Source: Deltaproteobacteria bacterium (GTDB lineage: Bacteria; UBA10199; GCA-002796325; JACPFF01). Taken from it: a stretch of DNA of 54,116 nucleotides. The stretch covers positions 1 to 54,116 of the forward strand of contig JACPFG010000043.1 in the NCBI GenBank assembly GCA_016183125.1, given 5' to 3'. How positions within the stretch are numbered: position 1 is the stretch's first letter; every line of letters begins with the position of its first letter. Made by a program: the position numbers and the translations under genes. The notes beneath the pieces were generated by a model, which was not told the origin of the DNA, made no database searches, and saw nothing but the letters and a program-made list of their open reading frames with translations. Shown piece by piece: positions 45,696 to 54,116 of this stretch.

Positions 45696-47024
45696 TTAAT
45701 GCGAGCTACTACACACCCTGCCCGGTGGGGCGTCCGCCTGACAGCGCTCGATGATCTCAGTTTGAGACAGACCGCGCTTGTAGATTGCAAATTCGTCAAC
45801 GGACCCCGTATAGAACTCTTCGCCATCTGGATCCCCGCCTATGAACAGTGGCGCAACACTGGAAAATGTGCCGTCACAGTTAGTCTGTAAGCCGCCTACT
45901 GTAGGCGTTTCTCCGTCAACATAGATCTGCAGGCTTTGATTCAGTCGGACCACCGCCACATGGTGCCAGATGCCGTCCAATATGTGCTGACTGTCCTGCA
46001 CAAGCGTCTCGACTTCACACGAGGGGGGATTTGCCCAGAATCTCACCGATGGATAGTACATAACATCCAGCCCATATCCATAACGAACCCCGGTACCGGC
46101 ATTCTTCGTATAGTGCGAAATAACGGGCTGTCGCTTTCCGTTCCCCTCAGCTTTCACCCAGACCATGAGAGTGAAGTCTGCGGAGTCGAAATTAAATATG
46201 TATGGATCAGCAAATTTAACGACATCGCCCGTGCCATCAAATTTAAGGCCAAGGCCCTTCACTCCTTCAACCCACATGTCCGGATTATCTGACTGTACGG
46301 TCCCCTTCGGATTGCCCGCACTGGATATTTGATTGGCCTCGACGTTGTCGCTTTTATCGAATCGCCACCAGCCGGCAAGCATCCGATCGGACGTCGTAAA
46401 ACAGGCGGTACCACTCGTGCTTGCCATGCCGGCCTCGCTGTCACTACACGACACCGACCAACAGTAATCCGCACGCGGCATAAAAAGGGCCGAGGAAATC
46501 GATAGGTTGAAATTGCCTGGTGATTGGCTAATCCACTGCGTTCCCACCATGGCGCCCCCCTGAATAATGGTAATCACACATGTGATACCGTTGATACCGT
46601 CGATTTCGGGAGCAAGCACCGTCCAATGAAATAACATCTTGTTCGGGTCCGCAAAGGTTTGATCGCCATCTGGCAAAATTCCGAGACCGATCGGCGTGAT
46701 CAACTCAACCGGATGTGTACTGGTATTACTCCAGCCATCCTGCCCGGCATCCGGCTTCTGCACGCTTGCAATATCCCCGGCGATAGTAATAGTTTTATTC
46801 GTCTCGCAACTGCTGTTGCACAGAGCCCAGCCCACCAGCGGTGTCAGGCAAAAGATACCGGCGCCTAACGTTTCCCAAAACGGGTCTTCTTCAGCAACCG
46901 CGTATCCGTCTGATTCGGCGGCAATGGGAGCCGCCATTTCGGCCTGGCTAAGAGGAGACACGATTCGACCGCCTACTGTGTAGAAGGTGGGTAAGACATG
47001 AACAATGGAAGAGAATAACGACAT
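45696..47024 (-). CDS. LamG / concanavalin-A-like lectin domain protein
   Basis: The C-terminal half fits Laminin_G_3-type domains: LAGWWRFD...GLGLKFDGTGDVVKF...FTLMVWVKA...WHHVAVVRLNQSLQIYVDGE...FIGGDP...GSVDEFAIYKRGLSQTEI. Lower GC than the flanks. Confidence 0.72.
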   Translation of the reverse strand: MSLFSSIVHVLPTFYTVGGRIVSPLSQAEMAAPIAAESDGYAVAEEDPFWETLGAGIFCLTPLVGWALCNSSCETNKTITIAGDIASVQKPDAGQDGWSNTSTHPVELITPIGLGILPDGDQTFADPNKMLFHWTVLAPEIDGINGITCVITIIQGGAMVGTQWISQSPGNFNLSISSALFMPRADYCWSVSCSDSEAGMASTSGTACFTTSDRMLAGWWRFDKSDNVEANQISSAGNPKGTVQSDNPDMWVEGVKGLGLKFDGTGDVVKFADPYIFNFDSADFTLMVWVKAEGNGKRQPVISHYTKNAGTGVRYGYGLDVMYYPSVRFWANPPSCEVETLVQDSQHILDGIWHHVAVVRLNQSLQIYVDGETPTVGGLQTNCDGTFSSVAPLFIGGDPDGEEFYTGSVDEFAIYKRGLSQTEIIERCQADAPPGRVCSSSH

Positions 47025-47146
47025 TTCCGAAACTAGCCCTGCCTTGTAGTCGTATAACTTATTTGCAAGCCGTCTCTTAGGCCAAAAAGTTATTGCTGTC
47101 TAGCATTCATTGGAGTAGGAAAGGGCCGAAGTTGGAGTGCCCATAT

Positions 47147-48460
47147 ATGGTTACCCCGCTCTCCAGTGCGACAACGCAATCGACTCAGTGGCTTCTTGGA
47201 TTTCATACCGGTGTCCGCCTAGACTCGTTCGATATTCCTGATGCGAGGGACTACGATAAGGGAATGGGCGTTCCTACCGCAACCTTATCCCTTTCCGGCG
47301 GAGTAGAGTATTCCGCCTCCACTCGCTGGCGGTTCCATGCCCTCGTGGAACCGGGCGTTGAGGTCTTGGCGGGCGGCATCCCGGAGGCGGCGGCTTGGCA
47401 AACACGTGGCATCGTTCTCCCGGCCCTGCTCGGCGCAACGTTAATGGCTGGGAGAGGGTGGGGGCTAGGTCTCGATATCGGCTACGCCTTCGCGGCCGGC
47501 GGACTCGAGGGACAATATCGGCCGCGTAAGGTGCCCGTTGGTCTCAAGGCAACGGATGAGATAGTGACCGAGGCCCGGTCCCATCGTGGTGTCACCCGCA
47601 TCGCAGCCCGCGCAGATTTTGCTTCCCTGAGCCTCCTTATCGGAGCGGAGGGCTTCATCGGTACGCAGAAAACGGATTCAGTTGGACCTGGCTATACAGC
47701 GCAGCAGCGCGGCCTGAGCTACGGGACGGGGTTATTCCTAAATGTCCTCTTTGGTCTGACTGGACATCAGTCTCCTGCGGGCCAGCCAGAAGGTTCGATC
47801 CAAACCGTAATAAGACCGAAAGAGGAATATCAACCGCCAAGTGCGGCTCCCGCAGAACTGCGGGTAGTCGGATCTGTGATGCAGCTTCGTGATGCTCATG
47901 TGTCCAGTCATGATATCCCAACATTTGTCGGCACGCCGAATGTTGGGTTGACAACGATCCCATTATACCATTCGGAGCAAGAGTCGAAGCGAGATCGGGC
48001 TACGCTAGAGATTACGTCGGTTGAGACGGCAAAAAACGATGATAAGGCGCAACAGGCAAGAATGGCCGCTTGGGTGCAGCAACTGATCTGGGCGCTGGGC
48101 CGAGAAGAATGGAAGTTGAGGAACAAGGCCATGGAGCTTCTAAGTGGGCTTGGAGAACAGGCTGTGCCATATCTCGTCACGGCATTAGGCGATCCTGATT
48201 GGCGGCGGCGGGCTAACACGGCTATGGTATTGGGGTATATTGGACGAAAAGCCCTAGCTGCGGAACCGACGTTAATCAAAACGTTGACAGACCGCGTGTG
48301 GCAAGTCCGGTCTGCCAGTGCAAGTGCGCTTGTTTGCATTGGCGCTGAATCGTCTGACACCATATTGGCCTTGAAACGGGTTCGCTCAGATCCCAATCCA
48401 CAGGTACGTACAGCCGCTAAAGATGCATGCGTAATCGAGAGTGCCAGCAGGCGTCCATAA
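47147..48460 (+). CDS. Hypothetical protein with C-terminal HEAT/PBS-lyase-type repeats
   Basis: C-terminal LVTALGDPDWRRRANTAMVLGYIG...LIKTLTDRVWQVRSASASALVCIG...LKRVRSDPNPQVRTAAKDA. The N-terminal roughly 230 aa are Gly/Ala-rich and beta-like. ATG 47147 is preferred over the listed TTG 47093. Confidence 0.65.
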   Translation: MVTPLSSATTQSTQWLLGFHTGVRLDSFDIPDARDYDKGMGVPTATLSLSGGVEYSASTRWRFHALVEPGVEVLAGGIPEAAAWQTRGIVLPALLGATLMAGRGWGLGLDIGYAFAAGGLEGQYRPRKVPVGLKATDEIVTEARSHRGVTRIAARADFASLSLLIGAEGFIGTQKTDSVGPGYTAQQRGLSYGTGLFLNVLFGLTGHQSPAGQPEGSIQTVIRPKEEYQPPSAAPAELRVVGSVMQLRDAHVSSHDIPTFVGTPNVGLTTIPLYHSEQESKRDRATLEITSVETAKNDDKAQQARMAAWVQQLIWALGREEWKLRNKAMELLSGLGEQAVPYLVTALGDPDWRRRANTAMVLGYIGRKALAAEPTLIKTLTDRVWQVRSASASALVCIGAESSDTILALKRVRSDPNPQVRTAAKDACVIESASRRP

Positions 48461-48507
48461 TGCCAGCGTATTGAAGAAGGGGGCCATGTCGAGAATTGAA
48501 ATGCTTT

Positions 48508-49284
48508 TTACTCTCCCATGCTCAGAATGGTGGGATCTACGGATTCCCCGGAACCTTCCTCTTCAGAGCGTTCCTCCGGCGTAGCCATCAGATCAACGAT
48601 CAAGGCGGTGAGGTTATCCGTGCTACCTGCACGGATCGCGCCCTTGATGAGCTGTGCACAGGCATCCTTGGGATCAGGCATGCGCAGGCAACCGATCAGC
48701 TGCTCGTCGAGCAATTTTCCCCAAATCCCATCCGTACAGAGGAGAAACCTGTCGTGCGGATAGCAGCGGAGATAAAAGCAATCGGGCGGGGAGGCAGTGC
48801 CCTTGCTCCCACCCACCGTCCGGGTAAGATAGCGGCGCATCCTTGTTACACCACCAACCTCGACCTGCCCTTCCGTCGTATGATCTTCGGTAAGTTGCAT
48901 CAAGGCCTTGTCGGCATAGCGATATGCGCGGGAATCGCCGACGTTAAGGATCAACTCGGCTTCCTGGGCCCGCAACGTGGCCTCCGATATGCCAGCCGAA
49001 GTGACCTCGATAGTCGGGTCCGCAGTGCTTGCGGCCTCTCCCTCCAGGGCCCCAATGACCTTACGCATCTGTTCAGAGGTCAGCAAACTGGCCACTTCGC
49101 CGCCAGCGTGTCCGCCCATCCCGTCTGCTACGGCAAATAACCCCATCTCCGGTTGGACGATGAAATTATCCTCGTTGGTCGCCCGGACCGCGCCGATATC
49201 AGTCGCCACATAATACCGGAATCTAAGCCCCGGATTCCCAGGCACCGGCTCCCACGCCGCACTCCGCGTCCGCAGATTCGTCAT
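48508..49284 (-). CDS. PP2C-family Ser/Thr protein phosphatase
   Basis: TDIGAVRATNEDNF, FAVADGMGGHAGGEVAS, LCTDGIW, GSTDNLTALIV. ATG 49284 (MTNLRT) avoids overlap with the upstream gene end. Confidence 0.88.
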   Translation of the reverse strand: MTNLRTRSAAWEPVPGNPGLRFRYYVATDIGAVRATNEDNFIVQPEMGLFAVADGMGGHAGGEVASLLTSEQMRKVIGALEGEAASTADPTIEVTSAGISEATLRAQEAELILNVGDSRAYRYADKALMQLTEDHTTEGQVEVGGVTRMRRYLTRTVGGSKGTASPPDCFYLRCYPHDRFLLCTDGIWGKLLDEQLIGCLRMPDPKDACAQLIKGAIRAGSTDNLTALIVDLMATPEERSEEEGSGESVDPTILSMGE

Positions 49285-49342
49285 CCGCTTCTCCGTCTCA
49301 GGAAGCAGCATATCACCGGCGCAGCAATGTAACAATTGAAAT

Positions 49343-52300
49343 TCAGCCGTGAAAACGCCGTTTAAGGGCAAAACCACCTGCCCATAGCGCTAACCAGATC
49401 AGTGTCCCCGCAACATTTGGCAATGTAGTCTCACTGGGCCCAAGCTGGCACCGGCCGCATCCACCAGAGGCAGTGTCTATCGAGTGGACGGCATACGTGC
49501 TCCACTGAAAGACCGGCTCACCACCGCTGCCGGTGACAACGTATCTGTTACTTAGCCATCCGTCGGTATCGTAAGTAATACCCTCCAGGCACTGTTGCAA
49601 CTCACCGTAGCCTATCGACTTGCCTGCCGCCTTCAACCCGGCCACACACCCTTCCAGCGGCGCTATGACATCAGTCTCAGGATCGACCTTCCGGTCTTGA
49701 ATGGAGGTCGGCAATTGCGGGCAGTCTATCGACCACTTGCAGACATCCGGCGCGACGATCTCCTGGCCCTTGAACCGGACCTGTGTCGGCGTCGTCCCGC
49801 TTTCTCCCACGGTCTTTGCCGGAACGGCGCCGGATGGCGGCACGCCCATCTCGAATTTTAAGACGCCGTTGATCAGATAGACACCCGGTGCGCTCTGGAT
49901 GCTGGCATCCGGGACAACGGAGTTAAGCGCGGCATAGGCAAAGGCCGGCGGCGGGAGATTGGCAAGGGCCGCATCCATGCTCTTGAGTGTCAGCGGGGTC
50001 GGGGGCGGCGGCAGGAGCTGGACCGGTTGAGCCAGCACCTCGGTGATGGGCGGCGGCATTGCCTTCGTGAAGTAGTTTTTGGGCGGGGCCCCGCGCATCT
50101 TGTAGACCGGAGCGATGGCCGCACCCGTGGAGAGATCGAGCATGACCGCCTTGGAGGCCGGCATGGCGCAGGTGACCGTATATTCACCGCCCCCGGCTCC
50201 GCAGAAGAGATCGACGGGTAGACCGATAATCGCGCGGACGCGGTCGTTTAGCGCCACGATCTTGTCGTGCATGACCGGATTGACGTGGGCCTTTTGCCCC
50301 TCCACCCGGCCGCAGTCGATCTGGCAACTCTCGAGCGATAACCCTGTTGCGGTATCGGATGGGGGTGCCGTGGGAGCCGGTGCGGCCGCCTTGGCGCCTA
50401 GATTGATCAGGACGGTCGCCTCACCGGGCGCCGCTGCAGCAGCCCCGCTGTTAGGCGTCCAGCCAAACAGCGCCGCGGTGTCAGCCGCTGCCGGGAATCC
50501 GACCAAGGTCAGTTGATCGGCGGTGGCCAATACCCGCGGGGTCGGATCGATCACTATGTCCCGATGCGGTAGGCGTTGCAGGCGAGATACTTGATCGTTT
50601 GCCGGTTCGGCGTCACAAATGTCCCCTTTTCCGTCCTTGTCTTGGTCCGCCTGATCTGCGTTCCAGCACTTAAACCCTTCGCACTTATCCCAGTTAAGGT
50701 TCAGCGAGGAGTCCTTATACGGTCCGCAGTTGTCCTGCGTATGGCAGAGCAAGATGAGATAGATCTTCTCGGCCTTGGTAAGTAGCCCGTAGCCGACGAC
50801 GCCGAGACTCCCTGGCAGATCCGGATCCTGATCGCCGTCAGAGTCGCGGCAGGTAAATTTCGCCGGATCTGCCGAGCAGGCATCGCCCACACCGTCCTTT
50901 GGGGCAGTGTCGGTCTGCGCCTCGTTCGACACGGTTGGGCAATTGTCGCACTCATCTCCGATGCCGTCCCCGTCGGCGTCTTCGGTCTGATCGCCCGAGA
51001 TCTTCGGGCAGAGGTCGGCTAGGGGCGCATTTGGGACCAGGAAAACGCTGGGGAACTGAATCTTCGGTATCTGCGGAGGTACAATAACGCTATTGGGTTC
51101 CTCAAATTCCGGTTGTTTCTTGATGCCGCCTTGGTCCGACGGGCATTGCTCTTTGGATAACTGGATACCAACCGTCGCCGGACATGCGTCAGCAGGATAT
51201 GGTTTCCACTGGCCCAGCGCTGCCCCGATGTTCCCCGTACTATCGACGGCGACTGCCCGGATACCGCCTACATCCGGCGAGTCGCCTTGCGGCTGATAGC
51301 CGGCGCTGTTTAGTCGCAGTCGCTGCGGGAAGAGGAGATCGAAGACCCCCTTGTTTCCCTTTAGAAGAAACGCGACCGCCTCACGCTTACCGTTGATCAG
51401 ATATGGATGCTGGTCTGCCAGGACAAGGTCGGGTTCTGCGTCCGCGCGGTCGATCGGGGCGAGCACGACCTCGATCAGTTGCGCATTGACCGAACTTATC
51501 TGTTGGCCGTCCTCCAGGACAGGTGGCGCACTGATCGTCGTTGGGGTAGCCGTGCCGTCGGCCTGGCCGAAATGGACCGTAACATACGGCCCGAACCTAG
51601 CAGGGATATTCCCCTCCGCCGGCCTCCTCCAGGTAAGGACAAAATCGGGTAATCCGTCGGCATTCAGATCGCGGGGCGGACCTTCCGCCACGGTCGCGAT
51701 CCGAAATGGACCATAACCGCCGGTCATCCCGACCTTCCCGACGATGATCGGTATCACCGCCGGTTTCCCATCCTTAACCGCAATCCTGTTAACGTAATAG
51801 TGTCCATCGGGTGCCGGTTGGTTTGTTGCTACAAAGACACTAAAGACAGGTGTAGGGCCGCTCGTCTCCGCTGCTACTGCGATACCGTAAGGTTCTGTCC
51901 CCCAGAGGTTCAGCGCCCCCTTCCACTCGTAAAGATCCCGAAAGGTCGTCCCGTCCTGGTTTTTGCGCCTGTAGATAGTTACAAAGGCCTGGTTACCGTC
52001 CCCGCGGTTGGCCACCACCAGATCTCCACCGCCGGAACCGAACAGATCAGCGGACGCGATCAAGACCGCTTGTTCCTCGGCGCGCAGGCCCCCCAGCTCA
52101 GCCGGGTTGCTTGCTGCAGCCAGTTCCGGCGTCCACCACCCGGTCGCCATGGAGTGGAACCGAAGCCGTCCGTCGGATCCAAAGCGAAAGTATTGCAGGG
52201 AGGGGGCGGTCGGTAATTTGATGGACGCCCCGCCTATCTTCATCGGCGCGGTGGTGATTGGAGTGACAGTAGCGATGCCGTCTATTCCATTTAGGCCGCG

Positions 52301-52867
52301 CACGATGGCAGCCCCGGCAGGTGTCCCTGCCGCCAGCGGAAACCCATCGGCGTATGGCTCGATCCACTGCCCCGTATTGATGGGGAAGAGGCCATCTGGC
52401 GTTGCACGCAGATCGGCCAGCTGCAGTGACTGCACTATCGCTGAAGGATCGGGACCCGATTCGCAAGCGGCAATAATGCCCTGTAGTGCGCTCGCCAACT
52501 CGCCCGGTGCCGGCGGTAATTGGAAGGTAGCGCGAATTGCGGCGGCCTCGGCAAGGATGGGAGTATAGGCCTGTTCAACCGCATGTTGGCAGTCCTGATA
52601 GGCGCGCTCGCCCAGGGCCAGATAATCATCGACCGCGTAACAGGTGTCGCCTATCTGCACACATGCGCTGGCGGCGCCGAAAAGCTCCCCGCTTAAGACA
52701 GGATGGCGGAAGAAATGGATCTGCGATGGTGTGGAGGGGAGTTGAGATGGGAGCGCAAGCGAGAGCGGATCGCTAAACGGGACGGTTTCTCCCCCATAAA
52801 CGGCCCCGCAGACAAAGAGAGTAGCACAGAAAATTAAGATGCGTCGCAGCATGGATAGATTCCCCAT
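49343..52867 (-). CDS. Very large secreted FG-GAP/VCBS-like and thrombospondin-type-3-repeat protein with C-terminal Cys + TM + basic tail
   Basis: Signal peptide MLRRILIFCATLFVCGAVYG. FG-GAP-like DLFGSGGGDLVVAN and DLNADGLPDFVLTW. TSP3-type DQTEDADGDGIGDECDNCP, DSDGDQDPD, DQDKDGKGDICD. C-terminus SGGCGRCQLGPSETTLPNVAGTLIWLALWAGGFALKRRFHG. Confidence 0.8.
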   Translation of the reverse strand: MGNLSMLRRILIFCATLFVCGAVYGGETVPFSDPLSLALPSQLPSTPSQIHFFRHPVLSGELFGAASACVQIGDTCYAVDDYLALGERAYQDCQHAVEQAYTPILAEAAAIRATFQLPPAPGELASALQGIIAACESGPDPSAIVQSLQLADLRATPDGLFPINTGQWIEPYADGFPLAAGTPAGAAIVRGLNGIDGIATVTPITTAPMKIGGASIKLPTAPSLQYFRFGSDGRLRFHSMATGWWTPELAAASNPAELGGLRAEEQAVLIASADLFGSGGGDLVVANRGDGNQAFVTIYRRKNQDGTTFRDLYEWKGALNLWGTEPYGIAVAAETSGPTPVFSVFVATNQPAPDGHYYVNRIAVKDGKPAVIPIIVGKVGMTGGYGPFRIATVAEGPPRDLNADGLPDFVLTWRRPAEGNIPARFGPYVTVHFGQADGTATPTTISAPPVLEDGQQISSVNAQLIEVVLAPIDRADAEPDLVLADQHPYLINGKREAVAFLLKGNKGVFDLLFPQRLRLNSAGYQPQGDSPDVGGIRAVAVDSTGNIGAALGQWKPYPADACPATVGIQLSKEQCPSDQGGIKKQPEFEEPNSVIVPPQIPKIQFPSVFLVPNAPLADLCPKISGDQTEDADGDGIGDECDNCPTVSNEAQTDTAPKDGVGDACSADPAKFTCRDSDGDQDPDLPGSLGVVGYGLLTKAEKIYLILLCHTQDNCGPYKDSSLNLNWDKCEGFKCWNADQADQDKDGKGDICDAEPANDQVSRLQRLPHRDIVIDPTPRVLATADQLTLVGFPAAADTAALFGWTPNSGAAAAAPGEATVLINLGAKAAAPAPTAPPSDTATGLSLESCQIDCGRVEGQKAHVNPVMHDKIVALNDRVRAIIGLPVDLFCGAGGGEYTVTCAMPASKAVMLDLSTGAAIAPVYKMRGAPPKNYFTKAMPPPITEVLAQPVQLLPPPPTPLTLKSMDAALANLPPPAFAYAALNSVVPDASIQSAPGVYLINGVLKFEMGVPPSGAVPAKTVGESGTTPTQVRFKGQEIVAPDVCKWSIDCPQLPTSIQDRKVDPETDVIAPLEGCVAGLKAAGKSIGYGELQQCLEGITYDTDGWLSNRYVVTGSGGEPVFQWSTYAVHSIDTASGGCGRCQLGPSETTLPNVAGTLIWLALWAGGFALKRRFHG

Positions 52868-53016
52868 CCGTCATTGTGCAAATGCGGTGCCAACGAGAAG
52901 GTCCGGACCGATATCTATCCTCTTCATAACACGGTATTTTTTCCCGCGCCCTCTTCCCGCCTACCCGCTCGATATTATCGGAATGATAATGGCCTGCCGT
53001 CATGTCAATTCCTTGA

Positions 53017-53388
53017 CTAGGGGCCTATCGCTATCCAAGGTCGAAGGCGAACGATCATTCGTGGGCCGATCCCCGGCACGGCTGCTATATCATCAATCGA
53101 TCTAAACGGACCGTGCGTGGCCCTATATTTCACGATACGTTCCGCAAGCGCCGGACCGATACCGGGGAGCAGCGCCAATGTCGTCTCGTCTGCCAGGTTG
53201 GGATCGATAGATTGGCCGATGAGGAGTGCCGCCTGCGCTGAGTCCGGCCTTATCCCATCGACGCGGTAAGGGTGAGGTGGCTGGGGTGACTTAGCAGGTC
53301 CTAAAAATTGAGACGCGGACCAGACTAGTAGGAGAACGGTGAGCGCTATCATGGCACGGGCCGCTGCCATGTCAGGGCGCTTTCTCAT
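53017..53388 (-). CDS. comEA: ComEA-family helix-hairpin-helix DNA-binding protein
   Basis: N-terminal membrane anchor (MRKRPDMAAARAMIALTVLLLVW) and tandem HhH motifs (LLPGIGPALAERIV, AVPGIGPRMIVRL). The start is ambiguous: 53388, or 53370 just after the lysC stop. Confidence 0.78.
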   Translation of the reverse strand: MRKRPDMAAARAMIALTVLLLVWSASQFLGPAKSPQPPHPYRVDGIRPDSAQAALLIGQSIDPNLADETTLALLPGIGPALAERIVKYRATHGPFRSIDDIAAVPGIGPRMIVRLRPWIAIGP

Positions 53389-54116
53389 CCAGCCCGAAGG
53401 CGGCGTGCAAGGCGCTAACGGCCCGCTTTGCATGGGGCATATCGATCACAACAGAGACCTTGATCTCTGAAGTGGAGATCAGCAGGATGTTGATCTGTTC
53501 GCCCGCCAAGACCTCGAAGAGCTTGGCTGCAACCCCGGCATGCGAGCGCATCCCCACTCCGATGATCGATACCTTGGAGACGTCGCCCGCTGCCTCCACC
53601 TGAGCGGCACCGATCGCCCTTGCGGCCGGTTCGGTCAATTGCAGGGTCTTTTTCAGATCCTCTTTGGCCACGGTGAATCCGATCTCGGAATTGCCAGCGG
53701 TATCGATCGTCTGGACGATCATGTCGACATTGATATTGGCCCTGGCCAGCGGGTCGAAGAGCCGCGCTGCAACACCAGGTCTATCGGGAATACGACGAAC
53801 GGCAATCTTCGCCTCGTTTATCGTATGAGTCACACCGGAAACAAGGGTGGCTTCCATCCTCGGATCCTCTCGCACCACCGTGGTGCCGGAGCGATCTAAT
53901 CGTAGAGCTGAGCGGACGTGCAGCGGCACCTCGTAGCGTGCTGCAAGTTGTACCGAGCGCATCTGCACCACCTTCGCCCCCGCGCCGGCCATCTCGAGGA
54001 GTTCCTCGTACGCCATCCGGTCGAGCTTGCGGGCAGCCGGCACCCAGCGCGGATCGGCGGTATAGATTCCGTCGACATCGGTGTAGATCTCGCATGAATC
54101 GGCCTGCAGCGCAGCG
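53372..54116 (-). CDS. lysC: Aspartate kinase, C-terminal part (5' end outside the window)
   Basis: The frame is open to the window end and reads AALQADSCEIYTDVDGIYTADPRWVPAARKLD...EMAGAGAKVVQMRSV..., followed by two ACT-domain-like regions (ISIIGVGMRSHAGVAAKLFEVL). Confidence 0.92.
   Translation of the reverse strand, partial: AALQADSCEIYTDVDGIYTADPRWVPAARKLDRMAYEELLEMAGAGAKVVQMRSVQLAARYEVPLHVRSALRLDRSGTTVVREDPRMEATLVSGVTHTINEAKIAVRRIPDRPGVAARLFDPLARANINVDMIVQTIDTAGNSEIGFTVAKEDLKKTLQLTEPAARAIGAAQVEAAGDVSKVSIIGVGMRSHAGVAAKLFEVLAGEQINILLISTSEIKVSVVIDMPHAKRAVSALHAAFGLDEKAP

Noticed and set aside
1-54116. Search by eye of all intergenic regions for tRNA, rRNA, tmRNA, integrase, transposase or att-like sites at the island borders
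   Set aside because: None was recognised. The accessory regions lack identifiable mobility genes other than the DUF559 cassette, so no mobile-element call is made for the 13-25 kb island.

Overview
A 54-kb chromosomal window from a GC-rich diderm bacterium. The phylum cannot be assigned from sequence alone; RF2, Lol, BamA, RpoH, hopanoid cyclase and many Ser/Thr-kinase-type genes are present. No rRNA, tRNA, CRISPR array, integrase or transposase was recognised. The window has four parts. (1) 1.8-13.3 kb is a housekeeping block on the + strand: prfB (with its programmed +1 frameshift), lysS, lolC/E-like x2, lolD, bamA (split by a frameshift), rpoH and shc. (2) 13.3-25.3 kb is an accessory, visibly AT-richer mosaic. 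It holds two DUF4382-peptidase fusions (astacin and subtilisin), an SGNH-hydrolase plus unknown gene pair, a DUF4143 AAA+ ATPase with a decayed second copy, small lipoprotein paralogs and two type II toxin-antitoxin pairs. (3) 25.4-34.3 kb is a minus-strand housekeeping run: SRPBCC, glpX, lipA, a transglutaminase-like/TPR protein, recG and an OmpA-like protein. (4) 34.4-52.9 kb is a signalling and cell-surface locus. It holds an orphan histidine kinase, a predicted pseudokinase directly upstream of an active kinase-STAND(AAA_16)-TPR protein, a subtilisin/FG-GAP lipoprotein, a beta-helix-like protein, a LamG protein, a HEAT protein, a PP2C phosphatase and a 1174-aa FG-GAP/thrombospondin-type-3 protein. 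comEA and a partial lysC follow. The most unusual sequence-level observations are these. A C-run/G-run palindromic element occurs as inverted copies exactly bracketing a DUF559 gene, and as two direct in-frame copies (also G-quadruplex motifs) inside the STAND ATPase domain of the kinase. A second small repeat family (AATAGGGACAGGCC) occurs at three loci. A deleted duplicate of the ATPase cassette flanks the subtilisin block. A roughly 125-nt hairpin buries the recG Shine-Dalgarno sequence. All calls rest on reading motifs by eye; no database search was possible.
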